Shown here: piece by piece, positions 37,661 through 46,925 of the stretch | Numbering within the stretch: position 1 is the stretch's first letter | How the letters are laid out: each line of letters begins with the position of its first letter | Source of the DNA: Alphaproteobacteria bacterium | GTDB taxonomy: Bacteria; Pseudomonadota; Alphaproteobacteria; MPNO01 | Length of the DNA stretch: 64,000 bases | Direction of reading: 5' to 3' | Assembly: GCA_965200535.1 (NCBI GenBank) | Contig: CBDAUF010000001.1 | Coordinates: 519,821-583,820, forward strand | The notes under the pieces: generated by a model | What the model saw: only the letters and a program-made list of their open reading frames with translations | Databases searched by the model: none | What the model was told of the DNA's origin: nothing | Made by a program: the position numbers and the translations under genes

Positions 37661-38821
37661 ATGCGCCGTTACGACGGTCTCAAGGCGGTTGCGCCCCGGG
37701 TCGGCGATGCGCTCGTCGTTGCCAACCTCGCCAACACGGCGACCGAGTGGCGCGCGCTGCGCCCTCACGACGGCAATCTCTACTTCGTCGGCATGGGAAT
37801 GGTGACTCCGTACGCGCTCGGTCTCGCCCTCGCCCTGCCGCACCGCCGCGTGCTCGCCTTCGACGGCGACGGCGGAATCCTGTTCGAGATGAGTGTCCTC
37901 GGCACGCTCGCCCGGTCGGCGCCGCGCAACCTCTGCGTCGTCGTTCTCGACAACGAAGGTTATGTATCGACCGGCCCGTGGAAATCGGTTGCCTCGCTGT
38001 CGGCGGATGCGGTCGATATCGCCGGTGTCGCACGCGCTTCGGGCCTTGCGCACGTCTTCGAGGTCCGCACGGTCGAGGCGTTCGAGGCCGAGGTCGCCGC
38101 CGGTCTGGAGCGGGAGGACGGACCGACCGTCATCGTTGCCAAGACCAGCGCCGAGCAGGCCTTCGTCGGCACCTCGCCCAGCGACGGCAAGGAAAACAAG
38201 TACAGCTTCGTCCGCCACATCGAGGCGTTGGAGGGAAAGGCGATCCTCAAGCCCTCGGCGCGCGAGCACGGCGAACCGCCGAAACCCGATCCCGCGTTCA
38301 GTCCGGTGGCGGACGGCGACCCGTTCGGCGAGGTCCTGTTCGACGGTCTGCGCGAGAACCTGGTCGACTTCGTGATCGGTCTGCCGTGCAGCGGGTTTTC
38401 GCACACGCTGCAACGCTGCATGGACGATCAGTCGATGCGCTACGTGGGCGTCGCCAACGAAGGAACCGGGATCGGCATCTGCGCCGGTGCGTGGCTCGGC
38501 GGCAAAACCCCGGCCGCGGTGATCGAGAATTTCGGCCTCTACGCGGCGACCTACCAGTTGATGCGCGGCCATTACACGTTCGGCATCCCGACCCTGCTGA
38601 TGACCGAATATCGCGGCGATGCCGGGGAAACCGAGTTCTTCGGCGATTCCGGCGACATGACGGAGCCGCTGCTCCGCGCCGCGCGGATCAACCATCGCGT
38701 GGTGCGCAACCTCCGCGACCTCAAGCCGGCGATCCGCGATGCGCTGCGATGGATGAATTTCGGGCTCAGACCCTACGCTGTTCTGCCTTCCTTCGACCTC
38801 ACGCGGCCCATGCCGCCCTGA
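37661..38821 (+). CDS. fused thiamine-diphosphate-dependent decarboxylase, PP domain followed by PYR domain (sulfopyruvate/phosphonopyruvate decarboxylase beta-alpha-like)
   Basis: The N-terminal half has the ThDP motif GDGGILFEMSVLGTLA...NLCVVVLDNEGY (GDG-N27-N). The C-terminal half (GLPCSGFSH...VANEGTGIGICAGAWLGG...) is a PYR domain. This order is permuted relative to Ppd and classical ThDP enzymes. Confidence 0.7.
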   Translation: MRRYDGLKAVAPRVGDALVVANLANTATEWRALRPHDGNLYFVGMGMVTPYALGLALALPHRRVLAFDGDGGILFEMSVLGTLARSAPRNLCVVVLDNEGYVSTGPWKSVASLSADAVDIAGVARASGLAHVFEVRTVEAFEAEVAAGLEREDGPTVIVAKTSAEQAFVGTSPSDGKENKYSFVRHIEALEGKAILKPSAREHGEPPKPDPAFSPVADGDPFGEVLFDGLRENLVDFVIGLPCSGFSHTLQRCMDDQSMRYVGVANEGTGIGICAGAWLGGKTPAAVIENFGLYAATYQLMRGHYTFGIPTLLMTEYRGDAGETEFFGDSGDMTEPLLRAARINHRVVRNLRDLKPAIRDALRWMNFGLRPYAVLPSFDLTRPMPP

Positions 38822-38837
38822 TCCGGAGCCGCTGCCA

Positions 38838-39560
38838 ATGATATTCGAAAGTCGCCGCTACACTTTGCAGCCCCGCCGGATGGAGGACTTCGTCGCCCTG
38901 CAGCACCGCCGGGGGTTCGGCGGCCCCTGCGCCGGGTTCCTCTCCCGCCTGATCGGCTATTTCGAGACCGTCACCGGCACGCCGGAGCAGGTCGTCCACC
39001 TCTACCGCTACGACAGTTTCGAGGACTGGATCGAGAAGCTGCACGGGCTCTACGACGTGCCGGAAATCGCCTTCTACTTCACCGAAGCGCGGGCGATGAT
39101 CGATCGTCAGGAAGCCGATTTCTTCCAGCCCGCGCCGCTCGCCGGGCTGTGCCCCCTGTGGCACGGCGATGCCGACTGGTTGCCCGGCCCGGGACAGGAG
39201 CGCTGGGATCTCCGGTCGATGCCGGGCCTGGTGGTGGAGGAAACGCTGGAGGCGCTCAGGCCCGGCGGGCTCCTCGCCTATTGGCAGGCGATGACCGATA
39301 GCGGTCTGGAGGCCACGGCGCCGCTCCGCGAGAACACTCTCGCCACGTGGTCGTCGATGACCGGCCGGCTCCATGTCATCGCTTCCTACCGCGTGTTTGC
39401 GTCGGTTGCCGAACGCGACGAACGCCGGCGCGAGGCGAACCTGGGCGCGGCGATGGCCGCGTTCAACGAGGCGCTGAGGCCGATCCTGCGCGAACGGACG
39501 ACGACGCTGCTCCGCCCGGTGGCGGTGCCGCAGATGAGTCCGTTGTTCCGCCACCCGTAG
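38838..39560 (+). CDS. NIPSNAP-family protein (tandem dimeric alpha+beta-barrel domains)
   Basis: Two ~100 aa repeats begin MIFESRRYTLQP / VVHLYRYDSFEDW and (A)YWQAM... Each has the NIPSNAP beta-alpha-beta pattern. Confidence 0.5.
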   Translation: MIFESRRYTLQPRRMEDFVALQHRRGFGGPCAGFLSRLIGYFETVTGTPEQVVHLYRYDSFEDWIEKLHGLYDVPEIAFYFTEARAMIDRQEADFFQPAPLAGLCPLWHGDADWLPGPGQERWDLRSMPGLVVEETLEALRPGGLLAYWQAMTDSGLEATAPLRENTLATWSSMTGRLHVIASYRVFASVAERDERRREANLGAAMAAFNEALRPILRERTTTLLRPVAVPQMSPLFRHP

Positions 39561-39573
39561 CCGCCCGGGTGGA

Positions 39574-40932
39574 TCAGAGCATCGTTCGCGGCAGCCAGAG
39601 AACGATTCCGGGGAAGGCCAGCAGGACTGCGACTGTCACCACGTCGGCGACGAAAAACGGCCCGATGCCGCGGAAGACATCCTGGAGCGGGATGGCGAGC
39701 GAGCGCCCGTCGGCATCGCGCAGTTCGCGCGAGACGCCGGCGACGACAAAGCAATTGAGGCCGATCGGCGGGGTGATCAGACAGATCTCCGCCATCTTGA
39801 CGACGATGATACCGAACCAGATGGGGTCGTAGCCGAGCGCGATCACGGCCGGGAATACGACCGGCAGGGTCAGCACCAGCATCCCGATCGCGTCCATGAA
39901 CATGCCGAGCACGGCATAGGCGAGAAGGATGCAGATCATGATCAGGATCGGCGGCATGTCGAGCGTGACCACCCAGTCGGCGAACGCGCCCGGCAGGCCG
40001 GCGAAGCCGAGAAACCGCACGAACAGGAAGACGCCCCAGATCAGCGTGAAGATCATCACGGTGAGCCGGGCGGTCTCCATCAGGGCCTCGTGAAGCCGTC
40101 CACCCATCTCGCGGAGGGCGCGTTCGCGGTAGGCCCGGAGCGCGTAGAAGCAGAACACCACCATCGCGCCGAGCGCGCCGGCCTCCGTCGGCGTCGCGGC
40201 GCCCGTGTAGAGCGCGCCGAAGATGACGCCGACGACGATGAAGATAGGCAGCGTGCCGGGCAGGCTGGCGAACCGCTGCCGCCAGGTAAACCCGGTGATG
40301 GACTGGCCGAGATCGGGGCGGAGACGGCACATGCCGACGATCAGCCCGGCGTAGATAAGCGCCGAAACGATCCCCGGGAGGAAGCCGGCGAGCAGCAGCC
40401 GCCCCACCGATTCCTCTACGATGATGGCGTAGACGACGAGGATGGCCGACGGCGGGATCAGCGAGGCGAGAGTCCCGCCCGCCGCGATCACGCCCGATGT
40501 CAGCCGCCGGTCGTAGGCGTTGCGCAGCATGTCCGGAATGGCGACCCGCGAGAAGACGGCGGCGGTGGCGGTCGAGGCGCCGGACACCGCCGCGAAACCG
40601 GCGGTCGCGAAGACGGTGGCCACCGCGAGCCCTCCGGGGACCCAACCCACCCAGCGCCGGGCCGCCTCGAACAGGCGCGATGTGAGGCCTGCATAGAAGG
40701 CGAGGAACCCGATTAGGATGAACAGCGGCAGGACGGACAGCGGGTAGGTGACGGTCTTCGAGTGCGGGATGGTCCCGGCGATCGCCCCGGCAATATCCCA
40801 ATTTCTGAGCGCGACAAGACCGAGAAAACCGGTCAGCGCCGCCGCGACGAAGACTCGGACGCCGATGAACACCAACGCGACGAGCAGGCCCACGCCGATA
40901 ATGCCGATGGTGAAATCGTCGAGACCGAACAT
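39574..40932 (-). CDS. dctM: TRAP transporter large permease, DctM family
   Basis: The internal ATG at 40932 begins MFGLDDFTIGIIGVGLLVALVFIGV. Length is 452 aa with the DctM pattern. The 588 nt of ORF upstream of this Met was rejected. Confidence 0.85.
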   Translation of the reverse strand: MFGLDDFTIGIIGVGLLVALVFIGVRVFVAAALTGFLGLVALRNWDIAGAIAGTIPHSKTVTYPLSVLPLFILIGFLAFYAGLTSRLFEAARRWVGWVPGGLAVATVFATAGFAAVSGASTATAAVFSRVAIPDMLRNAYDRRLTSGVIAAGGTLASLIPPSAILVVYAIIVEESVGRLLLAGFLPGIVSALIYAGLIVGMCRLRPDLGQSITGFTWRQRFASLPGTLPIFIVVGVIFGALYTGAATPTEAGALGAMVVFCFYALRAYRERALREMGGRLHEALMETARLTVMIFTLIWGVFLFVRFLGFAGLPGAFADWVVTLDMPPILIMICILLAYAVLGMFMDAIGMLVLTLPVVFPAVIALGYDPIWFGIIVVKMAEICLITPPIGLNCFVVAGVSRELRDADGRSLAIPLQDVFRGIGPFFVADVVTVAVLLAFPGIVLWLPRTML

Positions 40933-40934
40933 CG

Positions 40935-41576
40935 CTATCCGTCCCGGCGTCCGGCCGCTGCGCCGGACCCTTCGGCGATCCCTTCCCCGGCATGGCGGAT
41001 TTCCTCCGCCGCGGTCTGCTCGACGCCCCTGAGAAGCGGCACCGCGACCGGTTCCCGGTTCGGATGGACGGCCAGGCGCAGATAGCCGGCCAGTTGCAGC
41101 CAGAGGCGGATCAGCAGGACGGAAAGCGCCACCGGGACGACGAGCTTGGCCGGCCAGGTGACGATCTCGATGTCGATCGTCGAATCCCCGAAATCGAAGG
41201 CGCGCTCGAAATGGCGGTAGGCGTAGGGGATGAGCACGGCGACGATAAAGATGGCGAGCGCCGTGCCTGCGGCCTCGCCGATCCACATCGCGCGGCCCCT
41301 GAGACGGGCGATCACGAGCTCCATCCGCACATGGCCGCCGACGCGCTGGACGAACGAGATGGCGAGCACCGCGAACCCCACCATCGACACCTCGACGATG
41401 TCGATATAGCCGAAGATGGGCGCGCGGAAGACGGTCCTCAGAACGATCTGGGCGACGCCGAGCAGCATCAGCACGAAGATCAGGATACCGGCCAGCAGGT
41501 TGAGCCGGCTCTCGACCCATCCGAGCCAGCGGTCGGCCCGCGCGAGGCCGCGGCCGAAGCCGTCGCTCATGGACAA
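40935..41576 (-). CDS. dctQ: TRAP transporter small permease, DctQ family
   Basis: Length is 213 aa with 4 TM helices. Its stop lies 2 nt from the dctM start. Confidence 0.75.
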   Translation of the reverse strand: MSMSDGFGRGLARADRWLGWVESRLNLLAGILIFVLMLLGVAQIVLRTVFRAPIFGYIDIVEVSMVGFAVLAISFVQRVGGHVRMELVIARLRGRAMWIGEAAGTALAIFIVAVLIPYAYRHFERAFDFGDSTIDIEIVTWPAKLVVPVALSVLLIRLWLQLAGYLRLAVHPNREPVAVPLLRGVEQTAAEEIRHAGEGIAEGSGAAAGRRDG

Positions 41577-41664
41577 GCGTGCATCATCTCGGGGCCTCCC
41601 GGCGCTCCCGGACGCTGCGGACAGCGCCCGGGAACGACAGGACCGCAGTCGCGGCGGGGGCGGC

Positions 41665-42696
41665 CTAGTAGGTCCGCCCGACCGCCTTGAAGATCGTCTC
41701 GATCACCCCGCGGGCATCGAACTTGCCCTGATTTTCCTTGATCCAGGCCTCGATCACCGGCTTGCCCGCGGCGGCGCGGAATTTGTCGAGCTCGGCTTCG
41801 GAGTAGCGGACCTCCTTCAGCTTCGCCTTGAGCATCGGCAGGTTCTTCTTGTCGATCGAGATATAGGCCTGAATCTGGGTTGCGATCACGTCTTCCTTCA
41901 CATCGTCCAGCAGTTTCTTGTACTGGGCGGGAAGGCCGTTGTAGGCGTTGATCGAGAACGCCAGCGGGCAGTCGGAGGTCCCGGGCGACAGGTTGGCCGT
42001 GTACCACTCCGAGACCTCATGGATCTTGTAGGCGACGTGGCTGTAGGTGAACGGGAAGGAGGCCGCATCCATCGTCCCCTGCTGCACGCCGGTATAGACC
42101 TCGGTCGCGGTCGAACTGGTCGGCGTGGCGCCCAGCACCTTCATCGCCCGGCCGACGCCGCCCCCGGCCCGCACGGTGAGCCCCTTCCAGTCGGCGAGCG
42201 TCGCGGGCGGTTTGCCGCGGCCGAGAAACTCGTACTGCGGAAGGTACGAGGACACGTAGGTCATCGCGTTCCACTGGGAGAGTTCCTTCTTGACCGCCGG
42301 GTGCGCGTAGACCGCATCGCGGATCTTGCGGTTGTTGCCCCAGTCGCTCATCGGCAGGAACGGCATGGTGAGCGACATCAGGGCGGGGTTCTTTTTCGGA
42401 TGGTAGAAATTGCAGAACATCGCCGCCTGGAACGCATCCGCCGAAAGGCCGTCGAGGTTCTCGCGCGATTTCGACAGCGCGCCGCCGTAGTGGAGCACGA
42501 TGTTCCAGTTGCCGCCGGTCTTCTCCCGGACGAGTTGGGAAAGTCTTTCGACGCCTGCCGTGAACGCCCGTTTCTTACCCCAGAGCGAGACATCCCATTT
42601 GAGCTTGGGTCCGTGGACCTCCGCCGCCTGCGCTCCGGCCGCGGTCAGGCTGAACGCGGCGAGAAACGCCAGTCCCGTTGTACCGATCCTCTTCAT
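41665..42696 (-). CDS. dctP: TRAP transporter substrate-binding protein, DctP family
   Basis: A GGAGAA RBS precedes MKRIGTTGLAFLAAFSLTAAGAQA (signal peptide). A DctP fold of ~343 aa follows. Confidence 0.8.
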   Translation of the reverse strand: MKRIGTTGLAFLAAFSLTAAGAQAAEVHGPKLKWDVSLWGKKRAFTAGVERLSQLVREKTGGNWNIVLHYGGALSKSRENLDGLSADAFQAAMFCNFYHPKKNPALMSLTMPFLPMSDWGNNRKIRDAVYAHPAVKKELSQWNAMTYVSSYLPQYEFLGRGKPPATLADWKGLTVRAGGGVGRAMKVLGATPTSSTATEVYTGVQQGTMDAASFPFTYSHVAYKIHEVSEWYTANLSPGTSDCPLAFSINAYNGLPAQYKKLLDDVKEDVIATQIQAYISIDKKNLPMLKAKLKEVRYSEAELDKFRAAAGKPVIEAWIKENQGKFDARGVIETIFKAVGRTY

Positions 42697-42850
42697 TCCC
42701 AGGTTCTCCCCTTGCGCCGCCCTCGCGCGGCGTTCTGTCCCGCGGGTCCGGCCCCGATCCCGCCTCACGGAGCGATTCTAGAGTGTTTCGGCGTTGAGTC
42801 GAACCGGCCCCTGCCCCGTTATTCGCGCCCCCAGGGTATTCGCCCGACCG

Positions 42851-43864
42851 CTACATCGGACGCAGCACCGGCATGACATGCGCTGCGAAAAGTTCGACCG
42901 AACGGTCCGTCTCCGCGAGGGTGAGATCGCCGAACGCCATCTGGCCCACCATGTAGTTCGCCTCCGCCACCGCCATCCGGTCGGCGACGAAGGCGGTAAC
43001 GGTTTCGGGGCATCCGGCGACCGCGCGGCCCTGCGCCGCCATCTGGTCGAAGGTGGGCGGCCGTTGGTGCTTCGGCGGCGGGGTGTCATGCCGGACGAAG
43101 AGGAAATTGAAGCTCTCGTACCAGACCGGGTAGGCGCGCCGGGCGGCGGCAAGCGCCGCGGCGTCGGTCTCGCCCACGACCACGAACATTCCGAGGCCGA
43201 CCAGGCCCGGCGTGCTTTCGGCACCGTGCTCCCGGGCCCAGGCCGCGCGGTAGCTGCGGGCGAACGCGCTGGTCTCTTCCGCGGTGTCGAGGCTCACGAT
43301 ATGGCTTCCCATCCTTGCCGCGCGCGCCGCGCTCTCGGTCGCATGGACGCCGTACCACAACGGCGGATGGGGTTTCTGGTAAGGGGTTACCAGGAGAGGC
43401 ACGTCGTCGAAGCTGGCATACGTTCCCGCATGGTCGAGCCGGCCGGCGGCAAGCCCGTTTATGATGATGTCGAGATACTCGCGGTAGACGGCCTCCGCCT
43501 CCGCATGGTCAATGCCGAAATAGGCCGCCTCGATGGGCGATGCGCCGCGGCCGAAGCCGATTTCGAGCCGCCCGCGGCTCATCTGGTCCAGCATGCAGAT
43601 TTCCTGCACCAGCCGCAGCGGGTGGTAGAGCGGCAGCGCGAAGACGAGCGGGCCGAATCGCAGGGTGCGGGTCTGCGCCGCCACCGCGCTGAGGAACAGG
43701 TTGGGCGAGGGCGCCATGCCGAGCGGCGTCGAGTGATGCTCGGCGATGTGATAGCTGCGGAAGCCTGCCCGCTCGAACCGGCGGACCAGCGCCAGCCGAT
43801 CGGCGTAGTATACATCGAGCGGATGCCCGGTCGCATCGAGGTGGTCGAAAATGCCGAATTCCAC
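42851..43864 (-). CDS. LLM-class flavin-dependent oxidoreductase (second paralog)
   Basis: The GTG start has a GGGGAGG RBS. VEFGIFDHLD is the typical LLM N-terminus. Length is 337 aa. Confidence 0.75.
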   Translation of the reverse strand: MEFGIFDHLDATGHPLDVYYADRLALVRRFERAGFRSYHIAEHHSTPLGMAPSPNLFLSAVAAQTRTLRFGPLVFALPLYHPLRLVQEICMLDQMSRGRLEIGFGRGASPIEAAYFGIDHAEAEAVYREYLDIIINGLAAGRLDHAGTYASFDDVPLLVTPYQKPHPPLWYGVHATESAARAARMGSHIVSLDTAEETSAFARSYRAAWAREHGAESTPGLVGLGMFVVVGETDAAALAAARRAYPVWYESFNFLFVRHDTPPPKHQRPPTFDQMAAQGRAVAGCPETVTAFVADRMAVAEANYMVGQMAFGDLTLAETDRSVELFAAHVMPVLRPM

Positions 43865-43987
43865 GCGGCCGCCTCCCCGGCTCCGCCCCCAAGCAGCGGA
43901 TTGTTGCAGGCGGCCGCGCAACCATCAATCATGGCTGCCGCGTCGTCATGACGCGTCTACCCTCTTTGCGTGAAACGGACCCCCGAC

Positions 43988-45352
43988 ATGGCCGACTACG
44001 ATCCCAGGACACATTCGCTCATCACCTTTCACGACCGCGTGGCCGCATTCGGCGACGGTTCCGACACGCCGCGCGCCTTTCTCGAACGCTGTATGGAGGC
44101 GATCGAGGCGCGCGAGGATGAGATCATGGCCTGGGCCTATCTCGATCCGGCGGGCGCTCGTGCGGCGGCCGATGCGGCGGGCGCGCGCTACCGGGCCGGA
44201 ACGCCGCTGTCGCCGATCGACGGGCTGCCGGTCGGCATCAAGGACCTGATCGAGACCGTCGATATGCCGACCGAGTACGGCTCGACGCTGTACGCCGGAC
44301 ACCGCCCGAAGCAGGACGCCGCCGTGGTGCTCGCGCTGCGCGAGGGCGGCGCCGTGCCGATCGGCAAGACGGTGACCGTGACCTTCGGCGGCGGCGACCC
44401 CGCGCGGACGCGAAATCCGCACGATACGCGCCGCACCCCGGGCGGTTCGTCGAGCGGCTCCGCCGCCGCGGTGGGCGCGCCCACCGTGCCCGCGGCGATC
44501 GGCACCCACGCGCGCGGTTCCACCATCCGCCCCGCCAGCTTCTGCGGCGTCTACGCCCTCAAGCCGACCTACGGCGCGATCAACCGGCAGGGGGTGTTTT
44601 CCGCCGCCGACAGCATGGACCATCTGGGGACCTTCGCGGGGTCCCTGCGCGATGTCTGGACGATCGCCCGCCACATGGCGCGCCTCGCCGGAGGCGATCC
44701 CGGCCATCCCGGCCTCTACGGCGGCGCCCTGCCGCCCGCCCCGCGCAGGCCCATGCGTCTGGTCCGGCTGGAGATGGCGGGCTGGGCGCAAACCGACGAT
44801 GCGACCAGGGAGGCTTTCGAGCAGGTCGTTCGGTCGCTCGCGGCGGCGGGGGTCGAGATCTTCGGCCGCGGCGATGATCCGACGATCGCCGAATACGAGG
44901 CGCGCCTGGTGGAAATTCCCGGACTCTGGCGCGACCTTTACCGCTTCGAGATGCGTTGGCCGATGCTGCAATACGTGGCCCTCTATCCCGACGACGTACC
45001 GCCGAGGCTCAAGCGCGGGCTGGAGGAGGGCGCCGGCCTCACCCAGGAGACCTACCGCGCGGCCCTCGTCCGGCGCGCCCATGTCAGGGCCTTGCACCGC
45101 GAACTCGCCAACCGGGTGGACGGGTTCGTTACCCTGGCCTCGCCGGGCCCCGGCCCGATCGGCATGGACCAGGGCAGCGCCGTATTCAACGAGCCGTCCT
45201 CGGTGCTCGGCGCTCCGGCGCTCTCGCTGCCGCTGATGGCGGTGGACGGCGCGCCGGTCGGATTGCAGTTGCTGGGCCAGATCGGCGGCGACGAGGCGCT
45301 CGCCGCCTGCGGCCTGTGGGTGGCCGAACACGTGCTCGGCAAGCCGGCCTGA
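43988..45352 (+). CDS. amidase-signature family amidase (third paralog)
   Basis: It carries GGSSSGSAAAV and GTHARGSTIRPASFCGVYALKPT. The start is uncertain between GTG 43970 and ATG 43988. Confidence 0.8.
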   Translation: MADYDPRTHSLITFHDRVAAFGDGSDTPRAFLERCMEAIEAREDEIMAWAYLDPAGARAAADAAGARYRAGTPLSPIDGLPVGIKDLIETVDMPTEYGSTLYAGHRPKQDAAVVLALREGGAVPIGKTVTVTFGGGDPARTRNPHDTRRTPGGSSSGSAAAVGAPTVPAAIGTHARGSTIRPASFCGVYALKPTYGAINRQGVFSAADSMDHLGTFAGSLRDVWTIARHMARLAGGDPGHPGLYGGALPPAPRRPMRLVRLEMAGWAQTDDATREAFEQVVRSLAAAGVEIFGRGDDPTIAEYEARLVEIPGLWRDLYRFEMRWPMLQYVALYPDDVPPRLKRGLEEGAGLTQETYRAALVRRAHVRALHRELANRVDGFVTLASPGPGPIGMDQGSAVFNEPSSVLGAPALSLPLMAVDGAPVGLQLLGQIGGDEALAACGLWVAEHVLGKPA

Positions 45353-45400
45353 CCGGAGCTTGCGGGAACCCGGACCGCCGGCCGCAAACCCGCAGGCGGA

Positions 45401-45934
45401 TCAGGAGATTGTCTGCGCGACCTCGGCGCGCCACTCCTCGACCGGACGGAACGACTCCTCGGCGCCGAACCGCGCCTTCGTCGTCTCGTTGATCTGCTCG
45501 TCCGAGAGGGAGAAATCCAGCACTTCGCGCTGGGGCTGCTGGACATACCAGGGTGTGTCCATGAACACCTCCAGCCGGTTGTCCTCGGGATCGCGGAAGT
45601 AGATCGACCATGCGTTGCCGTGGTCGGTCGGATCCATGCCCTCCACCCCCTCCGCCGTCAGCGCATCGTAATAGACCCGGAGATCGGCGAGCGAGGCGAC
45701 CTTGAACGAGATCTGGTTGATGGTGTTGTAGGATTCCGGCGGTCGGCCGGTGATGAAGACGATCTGGTGGTGGTGCCCGGAGTTGCGGCTCAGGAACGCC
45801 ATCCGGTTCTCGCCGAGCGGGCCGCCGTCGGTAACCGTGAAGCCGAGAACCCGGCCGTAGAAATCGGTCATCCTGTCGATGTCCGTCACGTAGACCCCGA
45901 TATGGCCCATTTCGAATGCGGGGGCATTCGTCAT
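45401..45934 (-). CDS. VOC-family protein (glyoxalase/bleomycin-resistance/extradiol-dioxygenase fold)
   Basis: A perfect GGAGG RBS precedes MTNAPAFEMGHIGVYVTDIDRMTDFY. The paired beta-alpha-beta-beta-beta modules have His/Glu ligands. Length is 177 aa. Confidence 0.7.
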   Translation of the reverse strand: MTNAPAFEMGHIGVYVTDIDRMTDFYGRVLGFTVTDGGPLGENRMAFLSRNSGHHHQIVFITGRPPESYNTINQISFKVASLADLRVYYDALTAEGVEGMDPTDHGNAWSIYFRDPEDNRLEVFMDTPWYVQQPQREVLDFSLSDEQINETTKARFGAEESFRPVEEWRAEVAQTIS

Positions 45935-45990
45935 TCCGATTTCCTCCTCTTCGCGCCCGGCTCCATCTTCTCCCGACCGCCGGTGTTCGC

Positions 45991-46812
45991 CTAGAAAAAA
46001 GCGATGGTGCGCATCTCGATACTCTCGCGCTCCGGAGCGCCCGGCTGGGTGTTGGGGTCGACGAAGGCGGTGTGGGCGGTGAACCGCGCGCGGCCGTCCT
46101 TCTCCGAGTCGTAGACCTTGAAGACCAGCGCCTCGTCGCGGTTCATGTGCGGGAAATAGTACCACCGGTGGCCGGGAGCGTGCGAAATCTGGTAGGTCTC
46201 GCCCACCCGGTCCGGGTAACGCCGCTCCGATGCGACAAGGTTCTCCGGCGCGAGGCTCCTCGCATCGGCGATGGCGAGCGGATGGGATTCGATCGGCCGG
46301 TTGATGGCGCGCCACACCTGGACGATCGCGAAGCGCCTCCCGAGCAGTTCTTCAGCCTCGTCCGGCAGCAGGTCGCGCACGCGCTGCGGCCCCGACCATT
46401 CGGTGTAGTCGTTGTGGACCTGGGTGACCGGCTCGCGCACCTTGCGCGCCTCGCGCGTGGCTTCGCTGCCCGAGCGCAGCGTGTGGTCGAAGATCAGAAC
46501 CCGCCGCGCGCCGGTCTGCTTCCGGATCAACGCCTCGACCTCGGGATAGTAGGTGGAGGCCAGGTGTTCCGGATTGAAAAAGTCTTCCGTCTCCGTCTCG
46601 TGGTCGACGAAGACGAACCCGGTCTCGTCGAGCGAGAAAGTGTCGCGGAGAGGCCGGCCGTTGCGGATGGTCATTTCGCGCGTTTCGTAGGTGCCGCTGC
46701 GGACACGGGCCATGTTGCCCGCCTCCATGGTCCGGTTGACCGGCTTCTCGCCGGTATCGACCACGTAGGTCAGCGCGGCGGTTACGCTGTCGATTGCGGC
46801 AGTCTCCACCAT
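45991..46812 (-). CDS. hypothetical protein, possibly CmcJ/NvfI-like non-haem oxygenase family
   Basis: Length is 273 aa. The conserved-looking blocks FDHTLRSG, VHNDYTE, FAIVQVWRAI and HRWYYFP resemble what I recall of the CmcJ/NvfI family. This needs database confirmation. Confidence 0.4.
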   Translation of the reverse strand: MVETAAIDSVTAALTYVVDTGEKPVNRTMEAGNMARVRSGTYETREMTIRNGRPLRDTFSLDETGFVFVDHETETEDFFNPEHLASTYYPEVEALIRKQTGARRVLIFDHTLRSGSEATREARKVREPVTQVHNDYTEWSGPQRVRDLLPDEAEELLGRRFAIVQVWRAINRPIESHPLAIADARSLAPENLVASERRYPDRVGETYQISHAPGHRWYYFPHMNRDEALVFKVYDSEKDGRARFTAHTAFVDPNTQPGAPERESIEMRTIAFF

Positions 46813-46925
46813 TGCACACTACTCCCTGTGTCCGCGGTTCGCCCCTTGCGCAAGACGACATAGGACGCCCCGCCGGGGCCGGCAACCGCCGGCATGCGCC
46901 GCGTGGCCACTTCCCGGCGTTTCCG

